A stretch of DNA of 64,000 bases from an uncultured Rhodospirillaceae bacterium. Its GTDB lineage: Bacteria > Pseudomonadota > Alphaproteobacteria > UBA8366. The stretch lies in the NCBI GenBank assembly GCA_964585785.1, contig CAZPFL010000001.1:3219-67218 (forward strand), given 5' to 3'. Within the stretch, counting starts at the first letter, position 1. Each line of letters starts with the position of its first letter. The notes under the pieces were generated by a model that did no database searches, had not been told where the DNA came from, and saw only the letters and a program-made list of their open reading frames with translations. The translations under genes and the position numbers were made by a program. Below are positions 34,578 to 44,453 of this stretch, piece by piece.

Positions 34578-35399
34578 ATGAACGTGCAGCCGATAACGCC
34601 GGCCGTCGGCGCGGAGGTGTTCGGGGTCGATCTCTCGCGTCCGAGCGCCGCCCAGGCGGACACGCTGCGCGCCACGTTGATCGAACGCAAAGTGCTGGTG
34701 ATCCGCGATCAGGCCATCTCGACCGCACAATTCGCGGATTTCATGCGGATCTTCGGCGAGCCCGTCAAGGAGGACATCGTGGTGGCTGACGGCAATCCGC
34801 CCGAAGTCGGCGCCATCCATATCCGGCTCGACGAGCGGCAGCGGATCAACTTCTGGCACATGGATCATTCCTTCCGCGAATACCCGACGCCGGTGCTGGC
34901 TTTGTATACCGACAAATTGCCGCCCTGCGGCGGCGATACGCTGTTCGCCAGTCTGGAGGCCGCCTATGACGGACTGCCGGATCGCACCAAGGCGCGCATC
35001 GAAGGGCTGCACACGCTGCACAAGGTGACGCCGACGCAGAATACGAAGCGGCGCTATACCGACGAGGAAGTCGCGGCGATGGAAAGCGCGCCGCCGGTGC
35101 GCCATCCGCTCGTCGGTCTGAACCCCGCGAACGGCCGTCGGTTCCTTTTCGTCAACGTGCCGATCTATTGCCGAAGCATCGCAGAGATGCCGACGGCGGA
35201 GGGCGATGCGCTGCTGGCGGAGCTCTATGCCCATGTACAAAGGCCGGAATTCCAGTTCCGGCTGGTCTGGCGCCCGGGCACGCTGGTTGTCTGGGAGAAT
35301 GTGCACTGCCTGCACTATCCGGTGGCGGATTATTTCCCGCACGAACGCCGGCTATGGCGCGTGGTGATCCGGGCGACGGAACGGCCGATGGCGGCTTAG
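34578..35399 (+). CDS. TauD/TfdA-family Fe(II)/2OG dioxygenase
   Basis: ATG 34578 after AGGAAAG. MNVQPITPAVGAEVFGVDL, KVLVIRDQAISTAQFADFMRIFGEP and WHMDHSF (HxD). Confidence 0.85.
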   Translation: MNVQPITPAVGAEVFGVDLSRPSAAQADTLRATLIERKVLVIRDQAISTAQFADFMRIFGEPVKEDIVVADGNPPEVGAIHIRLDERQRINFWHMDHSFREYPTPVLALYTDKLPPCGGDTLFASLEAAYDGLPDRTKARIEGLHTLHKVTPTQNTKRRYTDEEVAAMESAPPVRHPLVGLNPANGRRFLFVNVPIYCRSIAEMPTAEGDALLAELYAHVQRPEFQFRLVWRPGTLVVWENVHCLHYPVADYFPHERRLWRVVIRATERPMAA

Positions 35400-35415
35400 G
35401 ACTGCTCGCGCGGTT

Positions 35416-36441
35416 TTAAGCGAGCGTCGGATCCTCACTCACCCGAACCAGGCGCTTGCCCAGGTTGTCGCCGTTCATCATGCCGATGAAGGCATCGATG
35501 GTATTGTCGATGCCGTCGACGATGTCCTCGAAATAGACGATCCGTCCGTCCTTGATGCGCTCGGACATCCAAGGCAGGAAGCGGTCGTACTGGTCCATGT
35601 GCTCGTAGATGCTGAATTTCTGCAATATGGCGCTCTTCGCCCCGAGATTGCCCATATTCCGCGGCACGTAGCGCTCCGGATTGTCGTATTGCGAGATTTG
35701 ACCGCAGACGGGGATCCGCGCGCCCTGGTTGATCCGGTCCAGCACTGCCTCCAAAGTCTCGCCGCCCACATTGTCGAAATAGATGTCGATGCCGTTCGGG
35801 CAGTGCTCGTCCAGCGCCGCGCCGATCGAGGAGACGGTCTTGTAATTGAAGCCGGCGTCGAAGCCGAGCTTATCGACGATATGGCGGACCTTGCGGTCGG
35901 AGCCGGCGCTGCCGACGACGCGGCAGCCTTCCAGCTTGGCGATCTGTCCGGCAACGCTGCCGACTGCGCCGCTGGCGGCCGAAATGAAGACGGTCTCGCC
36001 CGGCTTTGGCTTGCCGATGTCGAGGATACCGACGCGCGCCGTCAGCCCCGGCATGCCGATCACCGTGATCGCGTGCGAAATCGGTCCGAGCGACGGGTCG
36101 ACCACCCGAAGATCGCCGCCGCCCGTTGCCACGGAATAGAGCTCCCAGCCGAGAAAGCCCCAGACGAAGTCGCTCTTCTTGAACTTCGGATTGCGCGAGA
36201 GAGCGACCTGTCCCACGACGCGGGACGGGATCACCGCGTTGAGCGCGAAGGTTTTGGCGCCCGGATAGTTCGCCGTGCCGCCCATCCGGCCGCGCATATA
36301 GGGATCACAGGACAGATAGATGTTGCGCACCAGAACGTCGCCATCCTGCAGCTCGGGTACCGTCTCGTCGCGGACGTCGTAGCAGGCCGGCGTCACGGGC
36401 CCGTCAGGGGGTTGAACGAAAAAGATGCGACGGTTCTGCAT
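35416..36441 (-). CDS. NADP-dependent oxidoreductase (MDR; CurA/YncB/alkenal reductase-like)
   Basis: From ATG 36441: MQNRRIFFVQPPDGPVTPACYDVRDETVPELQDGDVLVRNIYLSCDPYMRGRM and AASGAVGSVAGQIAKLEG. Confidence 0.85.
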   Translation of the reverse strand: MQNRRIFFVQPPDGPVTPACYDVRDETVPELQDGDVLVRNIYLSCDPYMRGRMGGTANYPGAKTFALNAVIPSRVVGQVALSRNPKFKKSDFVWGFLGWELYSVATGGGDLRVVDPSLGPISHAITVIGMPGLTARVGILDIGKPKPGETVFISAASGAVGSVAGQIAKLEGCRVVGSAGSDRKVRHIVDKLGFDAGFNYKTVSSIGAALDEHCPNGIDIYFDNVGGETLEAVLDRINQGARIPVCGQISQYDNPERYVPRNMGNLGAKSAILQKFSIYEHMDQYDRFLPWMSERIKDGRIVYFEDIVDGIDNTIDAFIGMMNGDNLGKRLVRVSEDPTLA

Positions 36442-36464
36442 GGCGGGGCGCTGCCGAGGTCTCT

Positions 36465-37088
36465 TCAACGTTGGAATTGTTTCGCGTATTCGGCTTCCTG
36501 ATCATGGATGCGCATCGCGCGCTCCAGGATGATGTCCTTCTGCTCCGGCGGCACGATGATGATCCCGGTCTCGTCGCCGAAGACGATGTCGCCCTGGCGA
36601 ATCTGCACGTTGCAGATCGTCACCGGATCCCTGAGCCCAACCGTCTCCAGATCCCACAGGCTCTTCACCGGCGAGAAGCCCTGGCAGAACACAGGGAAAT
36701 CGAGGGAGCGAATCTCATGTGCGTCCCGCGTTGCGCCGTTGACGACCGCGCCGGCGACACCGCGCGCGCCCGCGCGCATGCAATGGTTTTCGCCCCAGGT
36801 TCCCGTGTCGGTCCGCCCGCCCGCATCGATCACGACAACGTCGCCGGCCGACGCCAGCTCGCCGGATACCTTGGCATGGCTGACCAGGGCGTCGGTGCGG
36901 GACGCGGTCGCGTGTTTCGGCGCCTGGCGAACGGTAAAGGCCGTACCGACCATCTTGGCCCCCGGCTTGCCCAGATAGGTGAAGCCATGCAGCACGGTGC
37001 GCGGCAGGGCCAGGCCCTCCATCGCATCGCTTATATGCCCGCTTTGCAGGATCAGGAACGTGTCGCGGTCTTTGTCACTGAGGGCCAT
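36465..37088 (-). CDS. RraA-family protein (4-hydroxy-4-methyl-2-oxoglutarate aldolase-like)
   Basis: From ATG 37088: MALSDKDRDTFLILQSGHISDAMEG...GDVVVIDAGGRTDTGTWGENHCMRAGARGVAGAVVNGATRD. The upstream 48-codon extension is atypical and discounted. Confidence 0.8.
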   Translation of the reverse strand: MALSDKDRDTFLILQSGHISDAMEGLALPRTVLHGFTYLGKPGAKMVGTAFTVRQAPKHATASRTDALVSHAKVSGELASAGDVVVIDAGGRTDTGTWGENHCMRAGARGVAGAVVNGATRDAHEIRSLDFPVFCQGFSPVKSLWDLETVGLRDPVTICNVQIRQGDIVFGDETGIIIVPPEQKDIILERAMRIHDQEAEYAKQFQR

Positions 37089-37298
37089 CTTTGCGTATTC
37101 CGGTTCATGTGTCGGTTCGTTGCCGGCGCCGGACGGATCAGCCCGGCTCGAAGGATCATCCGAGCAAGTATAGGCAGATTCGAGGATGTCGGAATATCTT
37201 CGGCGCCCGGTCCGTGGTTCGGGGAGCTGCACCGCCCATCATCGACGCCGCGGCCCGGCCGGTCGACGTCGCGGATGAGCGATCCTTTGTCCGGCTCG

Positions 37299-38144
37299 CT
37301 ACGGCGCCAGCCCGAGCAGCCGGGCCGCGTTGCGATACATCGTCTTTTCCCGCGACTCGTCGCTGAGCGGCAGCGTGCGATACCAGTCCGCATATCCCTT
37401 GACCGGGCAGAAGGGATAGGAGCTCGCGAAGATGAAGCGGTCGGCGAGGAAGCCGTTCGCCGCCTTCAGATAGTCGTCCATGCCCGGCATGTTGGCGAGA
37501 TACATGTCCGGCGAGAGATAGAGGTTCGGCCGCCGAATGGCGAGATGCAGGACCTGGTACACCCAAGGCCAGCCGCCGTGCGTCAGGATCACCGTGAGCT
37601 GCGGGAAATCCACCAGGACATGGTCGAGCGCTTCGGGGTTCGTGTAACCGATGTCGGGTCCCGCATTGCCGCCGGCCATCATCAGGACGGGAAGCTTCGC
37701 GTCCTCGCAATGGGCGTAGATCGGATACAGCCTGCGGTCGTCCGGGAACATCGGCGCCGGATAGGCGCCCGGCTCGATGTTGACGGCCTTGAGGCCTGCG
37801 GCGCGCGCCTCTTCGATCTGCCGGACGGCCTTGCGGCGGTCCGTCGGGTCGATGGCGGTCACGCCGACAAACCGGTCGGGATAGTCTTTGCAGATGGCCA
37901 TGACGTCCGCGTTGCTGACGGAGCCGAGTGCGCCCGCATGGCGTCCGACCACGACGCCGGTCGCCACGCCGGCTTCGTCCATCTCCTGAAGCAGCAGGTC
38001 GATCGATTGTTTCACGGCGGAGGGCGCGGGCTCGAAGCCGAGGCTGCGCGTATACCGGTCGCGCCGTTCCGCTTCCCGGAACAGCGCGAGATTGAGGAAT
38101 CCCCGGAGCGGCGGCCGGACGCGAAAATCGATGGCCTTGTTCAT
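37299..38144 (-). CDS. amidohydrolase-2 family protein
   Basis: 281 aa. MNKAIDFRVRPP..., TIM-barrel amidohydrolase pattern with ILTHGGWPW near the C-terminal half. Confidence 0.7.
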   Translation of the reverse strand: MNKAIDFRVRPPLRGFLNLALFREAERRDRYTRSLGFEPAPSAVKQSIDLLLQEMDEAGVATGVVVGRHAGALGSVSNADVMAICKDYPDRFVGVTAIDPTDRRKAVRQIEEARAAGLKAVNIEPGAYPAPMFPDDRRLYPIYAHCEDAKLPVLMMAGGNAGPDIGYTNPEALDHVLVDFPQLTVILTHGGWPWVYQVLHLAIRRPNLYLSPDMYLANMPGMDDYLKAANGFLADRFIFASSYPFCPVKGYADWYRTLPLSDESREKTMYRNAARLLGLAP

Positions 38145-38277
38145 GATGGTGCCTCCCTGCGATTGGCTCTTTTTATGCTGCTCAGATCATACGCCGAAAT
38201 CGGCTGCGGCCACGACAGCGCCGCGGCCGGTTATCTGTATAATGGCCCCCAAAACACACGGCCTGGGAGGCAGCGTT

Positions 38278-39336
38278 ATGAAATTCGGCGTGGGCTGCGG
38301 CTATATCAACGAGATCGCGTTTGTCTCGCATGCGGAAACCCTCGGCTTCGACTACGCGTGGTTTACCGATTCACATCTGATCCGCTCGAACATCTGGGCG
38401 ACGATGGCGGTCGCCGCGCTGCAGACCCAGAAGATTCGCCTTGGCTCGGGACTGGCCATTCCCGGGTTGCGATTGGCGCCGGTCGCCGCTTCGGGCATCG
38501 CCACGATCAACCGCCTCGCGCCGGGCCGCGTCTTCTTCGGGACCGGAACGGGCAACACGGCGATGCGCACGATGGGACAGGCGCCGATGCGCATCAACGA
38601 CTACGCGGCGTATATCCGCGTCGTGAAAGCGCTGCTGCAGGGCGAGGAGGTCGACTACACGCTGAACGGCGTGACGCATCCGATCCGGTTTCAGAATGTC
38701 GATCTCGGCTACATCGATATCGAGCATCCCATCCCGATTATGGTCGGCGGCTTCGGCCCGCGGGCGCAGGGGCTGGCGGGTGAACTGGGCGACGGTCTGA
38801 TCACCGGCATCCCGCGCGGCGGGTCGATCCCGAATGCCTTGGCCAACGTACGCAAGGGCGCCGAGCGGGCCGGCCGTTCGCTCGACGGCTTTCAGACCTA
38901 CGCGCTCGTGAACCTGCTGATGCTGGAGAAGGGTGAAACCCTCGAATCCGAACGGGTCGTCGGCGAATGCGGCCCCGCCATCATGGCCAACGTCCATTAC
39001 CTCGTCGATTTCGTGCGCGAGACGGGACGCGAGCCGCCGGACTATGTCCTGCCGATCTGGGAAGAATACATGGATTTTCACATGTCGCGCGACGCGGCGA
39101 CCCGTCACCAGAAGCTGCACGAAAGTCATTACAGTTATCTCGACCCCGAGGAGGCGCGTTTCGTGACGCCGGAAATGATCCGCAACTTCTGCATCGCCGG
39201 ACATCCGGAAGAGATCGTCGATCAGCTCCGCGCGTTGGAGAAGCAGGGACTGAACGCGGTGACCTTCAGCCTGCCGATCGAGAAGATGTACCGCCAGATC
39301 GAGGATTTTTCGCGCAACGTGATGTCGAAGATGTGA
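38278..39336 (+). CDS. LLM-class flavin/F420-dependent oxidoreductase
   Basis: ATG 38278 preceded by GGGAGG. MKFGVGCGYINEIAFVSHAETLGFDYAWFTDSHLIRSNIWATMAV...GRVFFGTGTGN. The ORF-track extension to 38092 is discounted. Confidence 0.85.
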   Translation: MKFGVGCGYINEIAFVSHAETLGFDYAWFTDSHLIRSNIWATMAVAALQTQKIRLGSGLAIPGLRLAPVAASGIATINRLAPGRVFFGTGTGNTAMRTMGQAPMRINDYAAYIRVVKALLQGEEVDYTLNGVTHPIRFQNVDLGYIDIEHPIPIMVGGFGPRAQGLAGELGDGLITGIPRGGSIPNALANVRKGAERAGRSLDGFQTYALVNLLMLEKGETLESERVVGECGPAIMANVHYLVDFVRETGREPPDYVLPIWEEYMDFHMSRDAATRHQKLHESHYSYLDPEEARFVTPEMIRNFCIAGHPEEIVDQLRALEKQGLNAVTFSLPIEKMYRQIEDFSRNVMSKM

Positions 39337-39338
39337 TC

Positions 39339-40457
39339 TCAGGTCAGGCGGTGGCGGAACAGCCAGGAAGCGATCGGCAGCGTGATCGCGGCGATCACCG
39401 CGAGCGGCCATAGATCCGACGCCAGCTCGGTAAACCCCGCGCCCTCGAGATAGACGCGGTGAGCCATGTCGATGGCGTAGCGCAGCGGATTGATCAGCGT
39501 GAGGTATTGCAGCACGGATGGCATGTTGCCGATCGGCGTGGTCAGGCCTGACAGCAGCGTGAAGGGCATGAGCAGCACGAAGGAGAAGAGCATGGCCTGC
39601 TGCATGGTCGCGACGAAGGCCGACACCAAGAGACCGATGCCCACGGCGGCGAGCAGGAAGAAGGCGAGCCCGGCATAGAGCGTGAAGAATGAGCCCTCGA
39701 ACGGAATCCGGAACCATAGCTGCGCGACCAGCAGGATCAGCGTCGCCTGCGTCGTCCCGACGAGCATCGACGGAATCGCCTTGCCGATCATAATCTCCGA
39801 AGGATGGAACGGCGTCACCAGCAGCTGGTCGAAGGTGCCTTGCTCGCGCTCGCGGGCGACCGACATGGCGGTCAGCAACAGCGTCTGCAGCATCGTCAGC
39901 GTGCCGATAAGCGCCGGGATCATGTTCCAGCGCGTCTCGAGGCTCGGGTTGTACCAGGCGCGCGTGGTCATCCGGACCGGCGGACCGCTCTGCCCGTGCT
40001 GCGCCTGCCATTGCGCGCCGAACGCCTCGGCGACCGCGCCGACATAAGCGAGTGCCGTGCCCGCCGTGTTGGAGTTGCGGCCATCCGCGATCACCTGGAT
40101 TTCCGCTGGCTGCCCCGCCTGAAGGTTTCGCTCGAAGTCCTGGCCGATCTGAACGACCAGCAAGGCGCGCCGATTGTCGATGTAGTCGCGAATATCCGCA
40201 GCGCGCCGCAGGCTGGCGACGCGCACGAACACACCGGACCCGTCGAGCCGGCTGAGCAGCTCGGCCGACGCCGCGCTGTGGTCCTGGTCGAGCACCGCAT
40301 AGGGCACGTTGTTCAGGTCGTAGCTGGCGGCATAGCCGAACAGCAGGCATTGAAGAACCGGCGGCAGAAGCAGGCTCATCCGGGTCCGAGGGTCCTTGAG
40401 CAGGGCCAGGAGCTCTTTGCGGATCAACGCCAGGATTCGGAAAAGCGCATCGGCCAT
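39339..40457 (-). CDS. ABC-2 type transporter permease (YbhR/YbhS-like)
   Basis: 372 aa. ALIRKELLALLKDPRTRMSLLLPPVLQCLLFGYA plus multiple TM segments. Last gene of a four-gene minus-strand operon. Confidence 0.85.
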   Translation of the reverse strand: MADALFRILALIRKELLALLKDPRTRMSLLLPPVLQCLLFGYAASYDLNNVPYAVLDQDHSAASAELLSRLDGSGVFVRVASLRRAADIRDYIDNRRALLVVQIGQDFERNLQAGQPAEIQVIADGRNSNTAGTALAYVGAVAEAFGAQWQAQHGQSGPPVRMTTRAWYNPSLETRWNMIPALIGTLTMLQTLLLTAMSVAREREQGTFDQLLVTPFHPSEIMIGKAIPSMLVGTTQATLILLVAQLWFRIPFEGSFFTLYAGLAFFLLAAVGIGLLVSAFVATMQQAMLFSFVLLMPFTLLSGLTTPIGNMPSVLQYLTLINPLRYAIDMAHRVYLEGAGFTELASDLWPLAVIAAITLPIASWLFRHRLT

Positions 40458-40464
40458 CGCCGCC

Positions 40465-41616
40465 TCACGCCAGCGTCTTGCGGGTCGTCACCCGCGCCAG
40501 CAGCATCAACCCCGCCGCCATGACGGCGAGGACGGCCGCATTCGGCAGGATCACGGTCCAGATGTCGCCGGCGAGGAACAGGGTCTGCAGAAGCGCAACG
40601 TAGTATCGCGCCGGCAGGATGTAGGTAATCACCTGGATGGCCGTGGGCATGCTGCGCAGATCGAACAGGAAGCCCGACAGCATCATGGCCGGCAGGAAGG
40701 TGAGCAGCAGGGCGAGCTGGCTGGCGACGAGCTGGCTCTTGGTCACGGATGAAACGACGAGGCCGATGCCGAGCGCGATGAGCAGATAGAATGTCGAGAC
40801 GAGGACGAGGATCCAGATCGAGCCGCGCAGCGGCACATGAAAGAGGAACACGCCGCCGAGAACGCAGAGCGCAAGCCCGATCAGCCCCATCACGAAATAG
40901 GGAACCGTCTTGCCGAGCAGGATTTCGTCGGCATGCACCGGCGTGACGAACAGCGCTTCGAAGGTGCCGCGCTCCCATTCGCGCGCCACGACCATGGCGG
41001 TCATGAAGGCGCCGATCAGCGTCATCACCAGCACGATCAGGCCGGGAACGAGAAAGTAGTGGCTGTCATTTGCCGCGTTGAACCAGAGGCGGCTTTGCAC
41101 GGTGATCGGGCTCGCCGGCAGCACTTCGCCCGCCGCCGTCCGCCGCGCCATCCATTGCGCTACGGCGCCCTGGGCATAGCCTTGAACGATTCGGGCGGTG
41201 TTGGCGTCGGTACCGTGCACGATGACCTGCACGTCGGCGTTCCCAAGCGCGACCTGGCGCGAAAAATCCGGCCGGATGCGAACGATGCCGTCCGCCTTGC
41301 CCGCCCGCATCATCGCCTCGGCCTCCCGCATCGACCGGACCAGGTGCGCGTTGAAATAGGGCGACAACTCGAAGCCGGCGGCCAAGGCCCGCGCGCCGGG
41401 CGAGGAGTCTTCCAGCGCGATCGCCACCGGCACGTTCTTGACGTCGAGCGACAGGCCGTAGCCGAACAGCAGTACCAGGATCACCGGCATGACGATGCCG
41501 ATCGCGATGCTGCTCGGATCGCGGATGACCTGGTAGCTTTCTTTCCGGATCAGCGCGCCGATGCGCCGGACCTTATTCCTTCTCCGTGCGTCGGTCCGTG
41601 TCGCCGCCTCGGTCAT
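40465..41616 (-). CDS. ABC-2 type transporter permease (YbhS/YbhR-like)
   Basis: ATG 41616 (ATGA overlap with the ATPase stop). ALIRKESYQVIRDPSSIAIGIVMPVILVLLFGYG plus TM segments. The longer ORF-track frame runs through the ATPase gene and is discounted. Confidence 0.85.
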   Translation of the reverse strand: MTEAATRTDARRRNKVRRIGALIRKESYQVIRDPSSIAIGIVMPVILVLLFGYGLSLDVKNVPVAIALEDSSPGARALAAGFELSPYFNAHLVRSMREAEAMMRAGKADGIVRIRPDFSRQVALGNADVQVIVHGTDANTARIVQGYAQGAVAQWMARRTAAGEVLPASPITVQSRLWFNAANDSHYFLVPGLIVLVMTLIGAFMTAMVVAREWERGTFEALFVTPVHADEILLGKTVPYFVMGLIGLALCVLGGVFLFHVPLRGSIWILVLVSTFYLLIALGIGLVVSSVTKSQLVASQLALLLTFLPAMMLSGFLFDLRSMPTAIQVITYILPARYYVALLQTLFLAGDIWTVILPNAAVLAVMAAGLMLLARVTTRKTLA

Positions 41617-43397
41617 GCCGCGCCTTTCGCATGTGCATTCGCCGCGCTGCTCCGCGCCTCTTCCACGATCGCGATGAAGGCGTCCTCCATCGTCGCCTCG
41701 TGGATCGCGCCCGCCTGCGCGCCGGCGCGGATCTCGGCCGGTGTGCCCTCCGCCAAGAGCCGGCCGGCGTCGAGAATGACCGCACGGTCGCAGTACTCCG
41801 CTTCCTCCATGAAGTGCGTGGTGATGATTACCGTTACGCCCTGCTCGGCCAGCGCGTTGATCCGGCCCCAGAATTCGCGCCGCGCCATGGGATCGGCGCC
41901 GCTCGTCGCTTCGTCGAGAAAGAGGATGTCCGGCTCGTGCAGCAGCGCCGTCGCCATCGCGAGGCGCTGCTTGTAGCCGCCGGGCAGCTGCGCGCTCGGC
42001 AGGCGCGCGAAGGACTTCAGCTCGAACTGCTCCATCGCCCATTCGATGCGATGGCGCCGGCGGCGGCCGCGCAGGCCATACGCGCTGGCGAAGAATTCCA
42101 AGTTTTCGCTGACGCTCAGCTGCCCATAAAGGGAGAATTTCTGCGCCATGTAGCCGATGCGCTGCCGGGCCGATGCGCGCGAGGTGCGCAGATCGGCGCC
42201 GGCGACGCGTAGCGTGCCGCTGGTCGCCGGAAGCAGCCCGCACAGCATGCGGAAAGTTGTCGTCTTGCCGGCGCCGTTCGGTCCGAGAAGGCCGAAGATC
42301 TCACCGCGCCGGACGTCGAAACTGATGTGGTCGACGGCGGTGAAGGCGCCGAAATTGCGGACGAGGTCGCGCACCTGTACCGCCAGGTCGCCTCCGTTGC
42401 CGGCGGGCGGCCGGTCGAGCGTCATGCCGGCGCTGTGCGGCCGTTGGGCATTTGCCCGCAGGAGGAGCATGAAACCGTCCTCGAAGCGCGGCGGTACGGC
42501 TCGAACGTTGCTCGGCGTGAGCGCCGGCTCGCCGGTCGTCACGTCTGTGTCCGCGTCGTTTGGGCGCACGAAGCGGACATGGCCGGCCTGTGGCACGGCA
42601 TCGACGATTCCCGGACTCTGCAGCAGGCGGGCCTGCAGGCTGCGCGCGGTCTGTCCGTTCTCCGGCTCTGCCAGATAGCTGCAGCCCTTCGCCCGCGCGG
42701 TGATGTCGGCGGGAGCGCCTTGCGCCAACACCTTGCCGGCGTAGAGCACGACCGTATGGTCGCAACGCTCGGCTTCGTCGAGGTAGGAGGTGCTGACCAG
42801 CACGGTGTGCTTCTCTTCCCGGACGAGGTGAAGGACGATCTCCCAGAGCTCCCGGCGGGAAAGCGGATCGACGCCGACCGTGGGCTCGTCGAGTAGCAGC
42901 ATCTCGGGCGAGCGGACCAGCGCGCAGGCCAGTCCGAGCTTCTGCTTCATGCCGCCCGACAGCCGCCCGGCGAGCCGGCTGCGGAACGGGCCGAGCGCGG
43001 TCATCTCCATCAGCCGGGCGTATCGCTGCACCCGGTCCTGCGCGTCGACGCCGTGCATATCGGCGTAGAGGTCGAGGTTCTCCTGGACGCTGAGATCTTC
43101 GTAGAGGCCGAACCGCTGGGGCATGTAGCCGATGCGCTCCTGGACGTCCTGTCGGTGGGCGCCGACGTCGAGACCGGCGACGGTGAGGTCCCCCTCGTCC
43201 GGCGGCATCAGGCCGGCGGCGAGGCGAATGAGCGTCGTCTTGCCCGCGCCGTCGGGCCCGACCAGGGCGGTCAACGTGCCGCGTCGCGCTTCGAAGGTGA
43301 TGCCGTCGAGCGCCTGGACGGTCTCGCCCGTCTCGCGCCGGAACGCCTTGCGCACGTTGCGAACGATGAGAGGCGCGCTTCCGTCGCCGGGGCTCAC
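41613..43397 (-). CDS. ABC transporter ATP-binding protein with two fused NBDs (YbhF-like)
   Basis: GTG 43397 overlaps the HlyD stop (GTGA). Two Walker A sites (GPDGAGKTT, GPNGAGKTT) and two LSGG signature motifs. Confidence 0.9.
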   Translation of the reverse strand: MSPGDGSAPLIVRNVRKAFRRETGETVQALDGITFEARRGTLTALVGPDGAGKTTLIRLAAGLMPPDEGDLTVAGLDVGAHRQDVQERIGYMPQRFGLYEDLSVQENLDLYADMHGVDAQDRVQRYARLMEMTALGPFRSRLAGRLSGGMKQKLGLACALVRSPEMLLLDEPTVGVDPLSRRELWEIVLHLVREEKHTVLVSTSYLDEAERCDHTVVLYAGKVLAQGAPADITARAKGCSYLAEPENGQTARSLQARLLQSPGIVDAVPQAGHVRFVRPNDADTDVTTGEPALTPSNVRAVPPRFEDGFMLLLRANAQRPHSAGMTLDRPPAGNGGDLAVQVRDLVRNFGAFTAVDHISFDVRRGEIFGLLGPNGAGKTTTFRMLCGLLPATSGTLRVAGADLRTSRASARQRIGYMAQKFSLYGQLSVSENLEFFASAYGLRGRRRRHRIEWAMEQFELKSFARLPSAQLPGGYKQRLAMATALLHEPDILFLDEATSGADPMARREFWGRINALAEQGVTVIITTHFMEEAEYCDRAVILDAGRLLAEGTPAEIRAGAQAGAIHEATMEDAFIAIVEEARSSAANAHAKGAA

Positions 43398-44404
43398 GGC
43401 TTCGTTCCTGCCGGCGCCGCTTCGCCGGTCCCCAGCGTCACGGTGGCCGGCATGCCGAGCCGCAGCGCGTCCGACGGGTCCTTGACGAACACGCGAACCT
43501 CGTAGACGAGGCTGGTTCGCAGCGCCTCGGTCTGGACCGTCTTTGGCGTGAACTCGGCGACCGGCGAAATGAACCCGACCCATCCGTCGAAGTGACGGCC
43601 CGGTAAACCGTCCACCGTGACGGTCGCCTTCATGCCGGGACGAACCCGCGCGAGGTCGGACTCCGAGACATAGGCGCGGACCCATTTCGGGTCCGTGATC
43701 GCGAGCGAAAAGACCGGCCGCTGCGGCGAAGCCATTTCACCAGGCTCCATCAGGCGCGAGCGGATGGTGCCGTTCGTCGGGGCGACGAGCGTGGCGTCGG
43801 CAAGCTGCTGGTGCAGATACGCCAGCTGCGCCTCGTTTGCGCGCAGCTGGGCTTCGCCCTGGGCGATGTCCTCGACGCGCGGTCCCGCGACCGAGAGATC
43901 GAGCGCCTTTTGTGTCGCCTCGACCTTCGCGTCCGCCATTTCCATGGCGGCCTTGGCGGCGTCCGCGTCCTGCTGGCTGGCGAAGGATCGCCCGACGAGC
44001 GCCTTCTTGCGATCGTATTGCCGGCGGGCGTTGACCGCGTCGGCCTTGGCGGAATCGAGATTCGCCCGCGCCTGGGCGATTTCCTCCGGGCGGCTACCGT
44101 GGTGCAGCCGGTCGACGACCGCCTGCTGCGCGGCGACCTGGGCTTCGGCCTGGGCGACTTGTGGCTTAAGGCGGCTCGTGTCCAGCCGCGCCAGGGTCTG
44201 GCCCTGATGGACCCGGTCGCCCTCCTGCGCCAGGACGGCGGCGATCCGCCCGTCATCGTTGAAGGCGAGGGCGGCCTGCCGAAGGTCGACGTTGCCGTAG
44301 AGCGTCAACGCCTGGGACGCGCCGTCGCGGTGCATGAGCCAAAAGGTCAGGCCCGCCGCCGCGCCCATGACGACAACAATTCCAATCAGCAACCGGCGTC
44401 GCAT
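43394..44404 (-). CDS. HlyD-family membrane fusion protein (YbhG-like)
   Basis: 336 aa. N-terminal TM (LLIGIVVVMGAAAGLTFWL), coiled-coil middle, and a barrel-sandwich C-terminus. Confidence 0.85.
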   Translation of the reverse strand: MRRRLLIGIVVVMGAAAGLTFWLMHRDGASQALTLYGNVDLRQAALAFNDDGRIAAVLAQEGDRVHQGQTLARLDTSRLKPQVAQAEAQVAAQQAVVDRLHHGSRPEEIAQARANLDSAKADAVNARRQYDRKKALVGRSFASQQDADAAKAAMEMADAKVEATQKALDLSVAGPRVEDIAQGEAQLRANEAQLAYLHQQLADATLVAPTNGTIRSRLMEPGEMASPQRPVFSLAITDPKWVRAYVSESDLARVRPGMKATVTVDGLPGRHFDGWVGFISPVAEFTPKTVQTEALRTSLVYEVRVFVKDPSDALRLGMPATVTLGTGEAAPAGTKP

Positions 44405-44453
44405 GCTTCACCTATTTTGCGCACACGATATGCCCGCGCCAGCCCATAGTCAA

